From assembly GCA_963777505.1 (NCBI GenBank), contig CAVZQN010000003.1:448001-512000 (forward strand): a DNA stretch of 64,000 nucleotides. The letters run 5' to 3'. Position numbers and translations under genes: made by a program. This document shows positions 38,953-49,151 of the stretch, piece by piece (positions within the stretch are counted from its first letter, which is position 1; every line of letters starts with the position of its first letter). Below the pieces are notes generated by a model. The model was not told where the DNA came from. It made no database searches and saw nothing but the letters and a program-made list of their open reading frames with translations. The stretch is from an uncultured bacterium. GTDB taxonomy: Bacteria; Acidobacteriota; HRBIN11; JAKEFK01.

Positions 38953-40347
38953 TTACTTTTTCTTCGTAGCGTCAGTGGGCTTCGTTTGTGGTGATTGTAC
39001 CTTCAGGTCAGCCAGGGCCTCGGCGATCTGCTTTGAAGTATGGCCTTTTACAAATACAACAGTATTGTAGGCATCGTTCTTAACTTCTTGCTGCTCGCCG
39101 GTGATTTTTCCGAAAGCGAGATGCCGCTTGGTCTGAGCATTTTGCCAATCTTTAGATACGAGAAACATTTCAAGCTCCGGCGGTGCTGCATCCAACGATT
39201 TTTGTTCACCGTATTTTTCAATCTCTGCTACTTCCAATTTTTCAAGCAGACTTTGGACTTTTTCATCTGGAACCGGACCTTTCGATGGCGAACTCATGTT
39301 CCATTGATCCTGACCACTTTTTCGCACAGCATATTCAACACCTTTATGCTTAATACGAATGTCTTCAACATCAAATCGATTGAAAACAATCAACTTCTTT
39401 TCACGCCAATCATCAAGTTTTTTGTCAAAGAAAGTCGTAAACGAATCCTGCACCATAGCTAAAGATGGGTTTCCAATTACATTTACATAAATCTGCTCGC
39501 CAACTTTATTTCCAAAATCGATTTTTTGTTTTAATCCCTTTTCAAGAGTGATTTCAACTGATGCCGATGGTTTTGCGAGTCCGATTTTTTCCAATCTTTC
39601 TTCTTCAGTAGCAGTGGCATCCGGTCCACTCGGATCAATGAAGTGTGCAGCACGCAAAAACTCGAGAGAAGATAATAGGGAGCTGACTTCAGAATCTGAA
39701 GCAGGCGATTCGAGAGGCTCTTTCATTTTCCATGCACCGGCTTCTTTATGAAACAGCATTCCCTGAGTCGCAGTATTGACTCGAACTGACTCTACTTTGT
39801 CGCTGCTGAATTCGGTAAGCTTCTTATCCCGTAGTTCAAGTAACGAAAGCGAGGAGGCGTCAGCTATTTCTCCTTCGATTGAATACACACGTGGATCATT
39901 ATTAATGCGCAAATAATTTACATTGAGAACCCGATTGCGAGCTCCGATTGATATGGTGTGTTTCTTGCCCTGTTTTGTCGTAATTGTGAACTTAGTTTCA
40001 GGATTGTCTAATTGATACTCTTTTAGATTCTTCCCTTGTTCATCAACGATGTCTTTGTACTGAATTTTCTCAATCGCAGAAACGATTCGTCCTACACTCG
40101 CATCATCAGCATGGGTTTGTATAGGAGCGGCGATGTCCCATCGATCTTTGCCCGAAGATTTTAAGCGGACTGTATCACTCGTACGATCGATCTGGATTTC
40201 AGATAGATCCTCTTTCTTTAACTCCAATAAAACTTTTTGTTTTTCTTCCTTTTCTTTCTTCTCTTCGGACCGTTTGGAGTCATAGTAAGCAAACCCGCCC
40301 AGAGCGGCAGCGATAAGTGCAAGAATCAATGTTGTTCGGAAACTCAT
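38953..40347 (-). CDS. DUF4340-domain protein (three repeats)
   Basis: N-terminal anchor, repeated 'W.m..P....AD...V..ll..l' units, and LRDKKL / WREKKL junctions. Confidence 0.8.
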   Translation of the reverse strand: MSFRTTLILALIAAALGGFAYYDSKRSEEKKEKEEKQKVLLELKKEDLSEIQIDRTSDTVRLKSSGKDRWDIAAPIQTHADDASVGRIVSAIEKIQYKDIVDEQGKNLKEYQLDNPETKFTITTKQGKKHTISIGARNRVLNVNYLRINNDPRVYSIEGEIADASSLSLLELRDKKLTEFSSDKVESVRVNTATQGMLFHKEAGAWKMKEPLESPASDSEVSSLLSSLEFLRAAHFIDPSGPDATATEEERLEKIGLAKPSASVEITLEKGLKQKIDFGNKVGEQIYVNVIGNPSLAMVQDSFTTFFDKKLDDWREKKLIVFNRFDVEDIRIKHKGVEYAVRKSGQDQWNMSSPSKGPVPDEKVQSLLEKLEVAEIEKYGEQKSLDAAPPELEMFLVSKDWQNAQTKRHLAFGKITGEQQEVKNDAYNTVVFVKGHTSKQIAEALADLKVQSPQTKPTDATKKK

Positions 40348-40361
40348 AAGGATTTACTAAG

Positions 40362-41900
40362 CTAGAGTTTTTTGCGTTTAAGCCAGACCATTACGCCTGC
40401 GGCAACAATAATTGCGGGAAGCATGAGGACCAGGAAGAAACCAAGATACTTCATTTGAGTACTGTTCAGCATCATGACATCATTTTTTGAATCGCGTGGC
40501 GGCAGCTGAATTAGATTTTCTTGTTCCGTAAGCCATGCAACTGAGTTCAAAAAGATTCGGCTATTGCCAGGAATGCGCGCGAAATCGTTTTGAGCAAAAT
40601 TTGAATCACCAAAAATAACAAGGCGCATTTCATCAGATCGCTTTGTCTTATCTTCTTTATTTTCTAACGGCAGACTTACAAGTAACCCGACTGTTAAAGG
40701 TCCTTTTTTATCTTTTCCTTCATCAAACTTAGCGGTTGTTTTATCCGTTTCTCCCCAGCTGAACTGCGAAGTTTGAGCGAAAGCCGTGAAAGTCTCTTTA
40801 CCACCTTCGGCAGCTTTGTATTCAATGCTTTTTGCGAGCGCAAAAAACATGGGGAAGTTGAATTCTTTCGTCACGGCAGTCCCGGGAAGAGGTGTTACCT
40901 GTGGGACTGCAGGATCGGCCAGCGGAAAGAAGTATTGATCATCAACGACAATATCGTTTCCAGCAGTCACTTTATATGGTGCGAATATTTTTGTGACTGA
41001 AGGATCCGCCTGTGGATCATCCAAAACTAAAACTCTTCCGCCAGCTGCGAGATACTCACTGATTCCTTTTATTTCATGATCTAGAAGCGCACCCGACGAA
41101 GCTGCAATGATTAAAACTGTGCAATCATCAGGAACTTTCGGTTTAGATGCGAAATCTTTTAGCTCATTCACTATGTAGTTGCTTTTCTTCAACTGGTCAG
41201 CGATAGCGCTAAAACCGCGGCTATCCATTCCGGATATCTGAGGCTCACCATGGCCAGCCATGAAATAGAGTGCGACTTGTTTGTTGGATGTCACCTTTAA
41301 TATTGCGTTAGTGAGATCTTCTTCATTGGTGGTCGTAATTGTATGCTTGGTCCCTGCTGCCTCTAAGACTGTGGTGCCATTCGTATCAATTGCATACTGT
41401 TGAGTTAGCTGCTGATTTTTCAGTGGATCGATCAGTTTGATATCAAGTATTTTTGAGTGCGTTCTGAAGTTGTCCAGCAAATCTTTCATTTTTTGCCGCA
41501 ATCCATCTTCCTGTCCTTCCGCAAAAAATGCAGTGATCTTCACAGGCTGTTTCAAATTCTTCAAGGTTGTGACGGTCAATGGCGAAAGGCTGAATTGTTT
41601 ATCCTTCGTAGTGTCAAATTTGAACGGATGACGGTTGACTAGCCAGTTTGCAAGGACGACAATTGCCAGAACGAGAATAACCATCACAAGTGAATTCAGG
41701 CCGTACTTTGTCGATCGAGCCGTGAAAAATGTTTTTAGTTCCTTTCGTTCGAACCAAAGTGAAGCGATGAAGCAAATAACTCCTGCGATGACAGCATAGT
41801 TTGCATATTGTTGGTACTCTGGTTTCGAAAACTTGATTCCCAGAGCAGCAAGAATGAAAACTGCCGCAAGAATGAAACTAATTTTCTTAAACTTTTCCAT
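40362..41900 (-). CDS. GldG-family ABC-type auxiliary component
   Basis: DTTKDKQFSLS, EEDLTNAI, GHGE, YLAAGGR, VIFGDSNF, N..WL, C-terminal TM followed by KRKK. Confidence 0.88.
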   Translation of the reverse strand: MEKFKKISFILAAVFILAALGIKFSKPEYQQYANYAVIAGVICFIASLWFERKELKTFFTARSTKYGLNSLVMVILVLAIVVLANWLVNRHPFKFDTTKDKQFSLSPLTVTTLKNLKQPVKITAFFAEGQEDGLRQKMKDLLDNFRTHSKILDIKLIDPLKNQQLTQQYAIDTNGTTVLEAAGTKHTITTTNEEDLTNAILKVTSNKQVALYFMAGHGEPQISGMDSRGFSAIADQLKKSNYIVNELKDFASKPKVPDDCTVLIIAASSGALLDHEIKGISEYLAAGGRVLVLDDPQADPSVTKIFAPYKVTAGNDIVVDDQYFFPLADPAVPQVTPLPGTAVTKEFNFPMFFALAKSIEYKAAEGGKETFTAFAQTSQFSWGETDKTTAKFDEGKDKKGPLTVGLLVSLPLENKEDKTKRSDEMRLVIFGDSNFAQNDFARIPGNSRIFLNSVAWLTEQENLIQLPPRDSKNDVMMLNSTQMKYLGFFLVLMLPAIIVAAGVMVWLKRKKL

Positions 41901-41902
41901 TG

Positions 41903-42667
41903 TTACGATTTCCAACGCTGAGATTGCAACACGATTCCAGTTACGAATAATGCAAAGAATGCGAATGATACGTAATACACAACGTCATTGAGGTTGAGGA
42001 TTCCTTTTGTGAAATCATCAAACCTTTGATAAATCGAAACATATTGAGCAAGTTTGCCGTACCATGCTTCACTGCGTGAAATCCAATTGACAATCCAGAA
42101 GATTATTAAAAAAGCAAAGGCCAGAACGACAGCGATAACCTGGCTTTGAGTAACTGATGAAGTGAACAGTCCGACCGCAAGAAATGCCGCTCCAATTAAA
42201 AACAATCCTAAAAATCCGGTAAGAATCGGGCCAAGGTCAGGATGACCACCAAATAGAAACAAGATCGTTGGATAAATTGCCAGCAAAACCAGAATGATCA
42301 AAACTACACTGATTACGCCAAGATACTTTCCTAACACCAGCTGTGTGATTGAAACCGGTGAAGTCATCAATAATTCGTAAGTGCCTTGCTTCTTTTCTTC
42401 GGCGAATAACCTCATGGTCAGCATCGGTAGAAAGATCAGGAAAAAGAAGGCAGCATTTGCAAAAAACGGCCGCATAATTGCTTGCGATAGTTCCTGTCCT
42501 TCACCACCATATTGTCCGGCCATCGCAGATTGCTGAACATAAAGTTGCAGATAGATATAAAAGAAGACTCCGGATATCAAAAGCAATAAAGCGATAACCA
42601 CATACGCAATAGGTGATGCAAAATATTGCTCCAGCTCTTTGCGTGTAATCGCAAGGACCGTTCTCAT
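41903..42667 (-). CDS. ABC-2 permease (GldF-like)
   Basis: KELEQYFASPIAY, TMRLFAEEKKQGTYELLMTSP, VLGKY. Confidence 0.92.
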   Translation of the reverse strand: MRTVLAITRKELEQYFASPIAYVVIALLLLISGVFFYIYLQLYVQQSAMAGQYGGEGQELSQAIMRPFFANAAFFFLIFLPMLTMRLFAEEKKQGTYELLMTSPVSITQLVLGKYLGVISVVLIILVLLAIYPTILFLFGGHPDLGPILTGFLGLFLIGAAFLAVGLFTSSVTQSQVIAVVLAFAFLIIFWIVNWISRSEAWYGKLAQYVSIYQRFDDFTKGILNLNDVVYYVSFAFFALFVTGIVLQSQRWKS

Positions 42668-42701
42668 CTACTTCTCCAAAATTTTTCTTTTTTCTGAGTG
42701 A

Positions 42702-43637
42702 TTATTTTGTCGTAGGAATCTGTTCCGCAGTTGTTAATTGCACGAATACATCTTCAAGCGTAAATGCGACTGGAACGAGTTCCAGAAGACCTGCTTTTTT
42801 GCCCACAATGAAATCCGAAATATCCTCACGAATATCCCGATCCTTCTCCGTTTCGATCGTGTAGGTTCCATCTTCGGACTTTACGTCGACAACACCATCG
42901 AGTTTCTTCAGTTGTTCTTGCAATTCATCAGATGGACGCTTTACTCGAATGCTGTACAGATTTGCGCCTCGAAGTGACATCGAAAGTTTTTCAGGCGAAT
43001 CGATCGCAATAATTTTTCCTTTATTGATGATCACGACTCGCGCGCAGGTTTGCTCAACCTCAGGAAGAATATGACTGCTCAAAATCACTGTATGTGCTCC
43101 GGCAAGATCTTTAATCAATTGCCGTATTTCGATAATTTGCGCAGGATCAAGACCAATCGTGGGTTCATCAAGAATTAAAACCTCAGGGTCATGAATAAGC
43201 GCTTGAGCAAGGCCGACGCGTTGTCTGTAACCGCGGGAAAGATGGCCGATCAATCGTTTATGGACCGATTCTAACGCGCATTTTTGAATCACAACATCGA
43301 TTCGTTCCTTTTCCTTCGCCGCAGGAACTCCTTTTATTTTTGAAATGAATCTCAAAAAAGAAGAGACTGTCATATCGCCATAAACTGGAGGATTCTCAGG
43401 CATGTATCCAATACGCTGCCGTACTTCTTTCGATTGATTCAAAACATCAAAGCCTGCAACCCTTGCAGTTCCTGAAGTTGGAGGAAGGAAACCTGTCAGA
43501 ATACGCATTGTCGTGGTTTTCCCTGCTCCATTTGGGCCAAGAAAACCAAGAATTTCCCCTTTCTCAACAGTAAAACTGACGTCTGTTATGGCCGGAGTAT
43601 TGTCGTAAACCTTTGTCAGGTTAATTGCTTCAATCAT
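42702..43637 (-). CDS. ABC transporter ATP-binding protein (GldA-like)
   Basis: GPNGAGKTT, LSRGYRQR, LILDEPT, SSHIL. Confidence 0.95.
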   Translation of the reverse strand: MIEAINLTKVYDNTPAITDVSFTVEKGEILGFLGPNGAGKTTTMRILTGFLPPTSGTARVAGFDVLNQSKEVRQRIGYMPENPPVYGDMTVSSFLRFISKIKGVPAAKEKERIDVVIQKCALESVHKRLIGHLSRGYRQRVGLAQALIHDPEVLILDEPTIGLDPAQIIEIRQLIKDLAGAHTVILSSHILPEVEQTCARVVIINKGKIIAIDSPEKLSMSLRGANLYSIRVKRPSDELQEQLKKLDGVVDVKSEDGTYTIETEKDRDIREDISDFIVGKKAGLLELVPVAFTLEDVFVQLTTAEQIPTTK

Positions 43638-43694
43638 GTGAATGAATTTAGACTATTGATTTGCGGATTTAGCCGTCTTGTCTTTCGAACGCGT

Positions 43695-43724
43695 ATTATA
43701 CGGACTTCTGAACGTTTCGGTCAA
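43695..43724 (-). promoter_or_regulatory. Putative sigma-70 promoter for the ABC operon
   Basis: Minus strand TTGACC-N18-TATAAT, 58 bp upstream of the ATG. Confidence 0.45.
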
Positions 43725-43768
43725 GCTGCGTTTCTAAAACCTTGATCTAAGGTAAACTGACTTCCATC

Positions 43769-44935
43769 ATGCCACAAAAACCTGATACGCGTGCTGTTCA
43801 TACAAAGGTGGTCAATCCTGATAACGATCCGCTAACGCTTCCCATTTATCAGACAAGTACATACAGCTTTAAAACGCCTCAGGATCTAGAGCAATATCTT
43901 GATGGTGATGAAGGAAAATATCTTTACACACGATACGAAAACCCGACCTTACGCGCAGTAGAACAAAAAATAGCGGAATTAGAATTTGGTGATTCTTGTT
44001 TTGTCTTTTCATCAGGAATGGCCGCAATTACATCTTCGTTGATGGGATTCTTAAAAGCAGGAGACGAAGTATTAGCATCCAACTCGCTTTACGGCCGCAC
44101 GCAATTTTTCATGGAACGATGGCTTCCAAGGTTTGGAGTTCAAACAAAATTGATTCCTGTTAAAGAATTTCCAAACATCGATTCTTATTTCAGTTCCAAT
44201 ACAAAAATTGTTTACATTGAAACTCCGACAAATCCAACGCTTCAAATTATCGATATTAAGGCGACTGCTCAGATAGCCCACAAGCATGGCGCATTGCTCT
44301 TCATCGATAACACTTTTGCTTCACCTGTCAATCAAAATCCAATTCAGCTCGGTGCTGATGTTGTGTTGCACAGTCTTACGAAGTACATCGCCGGCCATTC
44401 CGATGTGATTGCAGGTGCTGCGATCTTTGGAAAGCCTCAATATGAAGAAATTAAAGAAGCGATTCGAACTTTTGGCGGCATTCTCGATCCAATTGCCGCA
44501 TATCTTGTAGAACGCGGCATAAAGACGATGTTTGTCCGCGTAGAGCGGCAAAATCAAACAGCATCACAACTTGCAAACCATCTTTCGCAATATCGGAGCA
44601 TAAAGAAAATCCATTATCCGGGATTGTCGAGTCATCCTGGTCATGATGTTGCAGCAAGCCAGATGCGCGGTTTTGGCGGAATGTTGTCTTTTGAGCTGGC
44701 GACCGCCGATGAGGCTCGCCGTTTCTTATCGAAACTTCGGATCTTTCGTCATGGCGCAAGTCTTGGCGGTGTTGAGAGTCTCGTCAGCCTTCCTGTATTA
44801 ACCTCCCACTACAAACAGCCTCCAGAAAACCTGAAAGCAGCCGGGATAGGAGAAGGAACCATCAGACTATCTGTTGGAATTGAACACCCGGAAGATCTTA
44901 TAACCGACATTAGTCAGGCGTTAACCGGACTGTAA
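43769..44935 (+). CDS. Cys/Met metabolism PLP-dependent enzyme (cystathionine gamma-synthase / methionine gamma-lyase family)
   Basis: PIYQTSTY, YTRYENPT, SSGMAAI, ETPTNP, DNTF, HSLTKYIAGHSD, SLGGVESL, RLSVGIE. Confidence 0.93.
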   Translation: MPQKPDTRAVHTKVVNPDNDPLTLPIYQTSTYSFKTPQDLEQYLDGDEGKYLYTRYENPTLRAVEQKIAELEFGDSCFVFSSGMAAITSSLMGFLKAGDEVLASNSLYGRTQFFMERWLPRFGVQTKLIPVKEFPNIDSYFSSNTKIVYIETPTNPTLQIIDIKATAQIAHKHGALLFIDNTFASPVNQNPIQLGADVVLHSLTKYIAGHSDVIAGAAIFGKPQYEEIKEAIRTFGGILDPIAAYLVERGIKTMFVRVERQNQTASQLANHLSQYRSIKKIHYPGLSSHPGHDVAASQMRGFGGMLSFELATADEARRFLSKLRIFRHGASLGGVESLVSLPVLTSHYKQPPENLKAAGIGEGTIRLSVGIEHPEDLITDISQALTGL

Positions 44936-45030
44936 AACAGCCGCAAAAACCAAAAATCAAGACTCGTACTGAAAACACTCCCTCGAAAGGTCTTAAGTCT
45001 TGAGAAATGATTGTTTTACAACCGAGGAGC

Positions 45031-45043
45031 GGTTTGTTACAAT
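45031..45043 (+). promoter_or_regulatory. Putative extended -10 promoter (TGnTACAAT)
   Basis: GGTTTGTTACAAT about 80 bp before the S41 ATG; the identical 13-mer occurs at 57261-57273 before rng. Confidence 0.45.
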
Positions 45044-45123
45044 CGTGTAGATTTAAGTGCCCGTACTGGTTATATTTAGCTTTGGATCTTACAAGATCTA
45101 ATGGTTGAAGGAGTCTTTGTTTT

Positions 45124-46749
45124 ATGAGGCATAAGCTTTTTGTCGTTAGTGTTTTCATTGTATTGATTAGCTCAACAATCGGGGGCATGGTCGCCAGCAA
45201 AGTATTGACTAATGAGCAAATCAAAGAAGAGCAGATGAAGGATTTTACAGCGGTGCTTGACACCGTTGAAAATAATTATGTGGAAAGGATACCAACTCAA
45301 AAAGTTATTGCCGGCGGCATTAACGGCCTGCTCCACTCCCTCGATCCGCATTCTAATTTCTTAGATGAAGAAGCTTACGCCTCACTTCAGGAAGAACAAC
45401 ATGGTTCTTTTTACGGATTAGGAATTACAATCCAAAGCATCAATGGAATCCTTACGGTAATTTCTCCGATTGAAGGTACACCTGCATTCAAAGCGGGACT
45501 TCGCGCAGGAGATGTGATTTCCGAAATCGAAGGTGACCCTACAAAAGGCAAACCGACAAGCATTCTCTTAAAGAAACTTAGGGGACCAAAGGGAACAAAA
45601 GTCACAATTACAGTAGAACGTGAAGGATTTCCCGAACCGGTACATTTTACTCTTGTGCGTGACGAAATACCGGTGAATTCCATCAGCTATTCATTTATGG
45701 TACGGCCTACAACAGGTTACGTCCGGATTAAGAATTTTACCGAAACGACATCTCGCGAATTAGAACAATCGTTGCGCAAACTAAAAGATCAAGGAATGAA
45801 GTCATTGATTGTTGATTTGCGTTTTAATACCGGTGGATTGCTTGATCAAGCTATCAAAGTTTCAGATGAATTTTTAGAAAAAGGTTCGATTGTCGTTTCC
45901 ACGAAAGGGCGAATCAATGAAGCGAATACAACTTATCGATGCCCTGATACAAACGATTATGAAAGTATTCCGTTGCTTATTCTTGTGAATCGCAGCAGCG
46001 CGAGTGCTTCGGAGATTGTGGCAGGAGCAATCCAGGATCACGATCGCGGCATTATCGTAGGAAACACAACATGGGGCAAAGGCCTTGTCCAGAGCCTTTA
46101 TAGACTAAGTGCCAATACCGCTCTGGCACTGACAACGGCTCGTTATTACACCCCTAGCGGCCGATTGATTCAGCGTGACTACACTCGTTCAATGTATGAC
46201 TACTACTATACCGACATTGGTGTCGATGAAGATGAGGCAACAAGAGAAAAAGCATTTACAACTACAGGACGCGAAGTATTCGGCGGCGGCGGAATTACTC
46301 CTGATGTAAAAGTTGAATCCATTCAGCAATCAAAATTTATGGATCTGCTGAACAGTGAATATGCGTTTTTCAATTTTGCAAAACGTTTCACATCTTCAGA
46401 CGAACGCAAACTTCAATCAGCAGATGCTGCTGGCACGGCGCCAGTCAACTTGCAGGTAATTGATAAAAATTTCAAGGTTGATGAAGAAGTCATTGCCAAC
46501 TTTAAGGAATACTTACAGAAAAATAAAATCGGATTTACAGATAAAGATGTAGAGGAAAATCTACCTCAAATTAAGGCTCAAATCCGGCAAGAAGTTTTTA
46601 GCGCAATTTGGGGCTCAGAAGAGGGATATAAAATCGCGTCTGATCAAGATCCTCAGGTTTTGAAAGCATTGGAGCTTTTACCAAGAGCAGAAGCTCTTTT
46701 GAAGACAAGAAAGGAGAAGCTTGCCAACGCGATGAATACAAATAAATAA
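45124..46749 (+). CDS. S41A carboxy-terminal processing protease (CtpA/Prc family)
   Basis: LDPHS, PDZ GLGI, DLRFNTGG, SASASEIVAGA, GKG.VQ, TTARYYTPSGR, GITPD. Confidence 0.94.
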   Translation: MRHKLFVVSVFIVLISSTIGGMVASKVLTNEQIKEEQMKDFTAVLDTVENNYVERIPTQKVIAGGINGLLHSLDPHSNFLDEEAYASLQEEQHGSFYGLGITIQSINGILTVISPIEGTPAFKAGLRAGDVISEIEGDPTKGKPTSILLKKLRGPKGTKVTITVEREGFPEPVHFTLVRDEIPVNSISYSFMVRPTTGYVRIKNFTETTSRELEQSLRKLKDQGMKSLIVDLRFNTGGLLDQAIKVSDEFLEKGSIVVSTKGRINEANTTYRCPDTNDYESIPLLILVNRSSASASEIVAGAIQDHDRGIIVGNTTWGKGLVQSLYRLSANTALALTTARYYTPSGRLIQRDYTRSMYDYYYTDIGVDEDEATREKAFTTTGREVFGGGGITPDVKVESIQQSKFMDLLNSEYAFFNFAKRFTSSDERKLQSADAAGTAPVNLQVIDKNFKVDEEVIANFKEYLQKNKIGFTDKDVEENLPQIKAQIRQEVFSAIWGSEEGYKIASDQDPQVLKALELLPRAEALLKTRKEKLANAMNTNK

Positions 46750-46750
46750 G

Positions 46751-47992
46751 ATGGCTCGATCAAATTTTGAAATCGAATGGCAAACCATCTCCGTTCGGAC
46801 AATCAAGATCATCATTTTCCTTTTTATAGCTGCAATCGTCGGACTCGTTTATTGGTTTTTGTTACGTAATCGAGCTGATACCGATACGGGCGATGCGGTT
46901 GTAGTGTCTGAAAGTGCTGCACGTTTTATCGATTATGAAGGTAAGGTTGAACTCAAACCTAAGGATGAATTCGTGTGGAAGCCTGCAAGTTTCAAGATGG
47001 ATCTTCGAGAAGGTGACCGGATCAGAACTGCGCCGGATTCTCTTGCCAAAATAAAATTCGATGACGGCACTGAAATTACAGTCCAATCCGATTCAATTGT
47101 AGTGATCAGTAAACAGACTTCTGTCAATCGTCAGGAAGAATCGCCGTTGATGGTTATCGAAATCGGAGAAAGCGATATTAATGCCGGTCAATCGGCATCG
47201 GCTCCTTCACTATCAACTGCAAAAATTTCGCGCTTTAAATTGGCTCCGGGATCCACTGGTAGTGTCAGAGCTGATGATCAAACGGGCGAACATTCCAGCA
47301 CAATCAATAAAGGTTATGGTGAAGTTACGACCGCCCGTGGTGAATCAACTCGCTTGAACGATCTTGAACAATTCAAAGTCGATAAAGATTTTGTAACAAG
47401 TAAAGTAAAACTGCCATATACACCACCATTACTTTCGCCTCAAAATGGACAAATTTTTGATTTTCTCAGCGAACAAGGCCTGACTCTTGAACTACGATGG
47501 CGCGACGTTTCCAATGCATCTCGTTATCACGTTCAGATTTCTGAACATCCTTTGTTTGGTAAACTTTCTGCTGAAAACGCGAACCTTACAAAAAGCCAGA
47601 TCTCTATTAAGATTCCAAAAAGCAACAAGAAACAATATTTCTGGCGAGTTCGATCAATTGATAAAGACGGCAATAAGAGTCCCTGGAGTACTGCACATCA
47701 ATTCGTTGTGCAATCAACCGTAACGTCTCAGGCTGTCCGCAGCATGGATAAGGTTCCGCCGGCGTTACAAATTACCTATATGCATCCTTTCCTTCCTTTT
47801 GTTCAGGTGGAAGGTAAGACAGAGCCTGATGCTTTTCTGACATTGAATGGGCAAATCATCGATGTTAAAGAAGACGGCTCATTCGTTTATACATATACAC
47901 TTCAACAATCGGGCTGGAATGATTTGCTTTTTGTGGCTGAAGATCCGGCAGGAAATAAGAGCAAGGAAGCCAAACGCGTAGAATACCGATAG
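46751..47992 (+). CDS. Membrane-anchored FecR-domain protein with Fn3/Ig-like C-terminal domains
   Basis: Short N-terminal tail and TM; LREGDRIRT..S.A.I.F.DGT (FecR-like); YFWRVRSID..GN.SPWS; GKTEP...AEDPAGN. Confidence 0.75.
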   Translation: MARSNFEIEWQTISVRTIKIIIFLFIAAIVGLVYWFLLRNRADTDTGDAVVVSESAARFIDYEGKVELKPKDEFVWKPASFKMDLREGDRIRTAPDSLAKIKFDDGTEITVQSDSIVVISKQTSVNRQEESPLMVIEIGESDINAGQSASAPSLSTAKISRFKLAPGSTGSVRADDQTGEHSSTINKGYGEVTTARGESTRLNDLEQFKVDKDFVTSKVKLPYTPPLLSPQNGQIFDFLSEQGLTLELRWRDVSNASRYHVQISEHPLFGKLSAENANLTKSQISIKIPKSNKKQYFWRVRSIDKDGNKSPWSTAHQFVVQSTVTSQAVRSMDKVPPALQITYMHPFLPFVQVEGKTEPDAFLTLNGQIIDVKEDGSFVYTYTLQQSGWNDLLFVAEDPAGNKSKEAKRVEYR

Positions 47993-48047
47993 TTTCGCCA
48001 CCTGTGTTGAGTGAAATCTGGATTGGGGAGCCTTCCGATAACTGGAG

Positions 48048-49139
48048 ATGACAGAACATCTGAAAATATCAGCTGCACGTAAGTTCGAATACGAACGTGT
48101 CAAAAAGACTAACGGACTTACTGAGTCAGAAAAGTATCACATTCTGCTTCAAATCATCAAAACTGCAAATGACAAGCTTGATCCCTCCAGTGTAATGCGG
48201 ATTATTATGGATAATATTCAGAAATTAATACCCTGCGAGGCATGGTCAATTCTTGTTTTGACTTCCGAAGGGCAGGAGCTTGAATTCGAACGTGCGCGCG
48301 GACAAGCTGCCGGTGTTCTTACGCGATCAAAGTTAAAAGTTGGAGAGGGAATCGCGGGCTGGGTTGCACAACATCAAAAACCGCTCCTTGTAAATCGTGC
48401 CCAGGAAGATCGACGCTTTAACAATAACTTCGATAAGAAAACAAAGTTTCATACGCGATCGATTCTTTGCGCACCTTTAATCAGCCGGAATCGTCTCCTG
48501 GGTGTTGTAGAACTAATCAACAAAAAATCAAAAGATGCCAGTTTTATTCAGTCAGATCTGAAAACATTATCAACACTCTTAGGACCGATCTCAGTTTCAT
48601 TGCATAATGCGCTTTTGTATCGGGAGGCTCAAACATTAACATTGACAGATGATCTGACGCGCTTGTATAACAGCCGTTACGTTTTTCAATGGATGGCAGG
48701 TCTCATTCACCGATTCAAAAAAGCAAAAAAACCATTTAGCATTATTTTTCTGGATTTAGATGGATTCAAATCAGTTAATGACAGCTATGGTCACCTTGTC
48801 GGCGGACGGACACTTGTTGAGATTGGGAAGATCATTGCAAAGAGCGTGCGTAAAAAGGACAAAGTTGCACGTTATGGTGGAGATGAGTTTGTAGTGATGA
48901 TTCCAGGAGCCGGAGAATCTGAGGCAATGGGTATTGCCGAAAAAGTTCGAATGTCGATACAACATTATGATTTTCAATCCGCATTACAAAAGGAAATTCA
49001 TTTATCAGCAAGTTTTGGTGTTGCTGTTTTTCCTGAACATGGCGATTCTGTAACAGAACTTATACAAAAAGCTGATCAAGCTATGTACCGCGTAAAATAT
49101 TCCGGCAAAAATGCGGTACAAATGGCAATATCAACATAG
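48048..49139 (+). CDS. GAF-sensor diguanylate cyclase
   Basis: GAF (GEGIAGWV, TRSILCAPL, INK), DLDGFKSVNDSYGH, RKKD I-site, RYGGDEF, ADQAMY. Confidence 0.94.
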   Translation: MTEHLKISAARKFEYERVKKTNGLTESEKYHILLQIIKTANDKLDPSSVMRIIMDNIQKLIPCEAWSILVLTSEGQELEFERARGQAAGVLTRSKLKVGEGIAGWVAQHQKPLLVNRAQEDRRFNNNFDKKTKFHTRSILCAPLISRNRLLGVVELINKKSKDASFIQSDLKTLSTLLGPISVSLHNALLYREAQTLTLTDDLTRLYNSRYVFQWMAGLIHRFKKAKKPFSIIFLDLDGFKSVNDSYGHLVGGRTLVEIGKIIAKSVRKKDKVARYGGDEFVVMIPGAGESEAMGIAEKVRMSIQHYDFQSALQKEIHLSASFGVAVFPEHGDSVTELIQKADQAMYRVKYSGKNAVQMAIST

Positions 49140-49151
49140 GAAGGAGATTGA

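Noticed and set aside
38787-38969. 60-aa ORF inside the MITE-like element
   Set aside because: Low-complexity translation of the octamer arms, antisense to the operon, with no transposase similarity.
44931-45020. Possible structured RNA (TGTAAAACA/TGTTTTACA and TCAAGACT/AGTCTTGA pairings) after the PLP enzyme
   Set aside because: Short, AT-rich stems with no match I can recognise to a riboswitch or tRNA; an Rfam/Infernal search would be needed.
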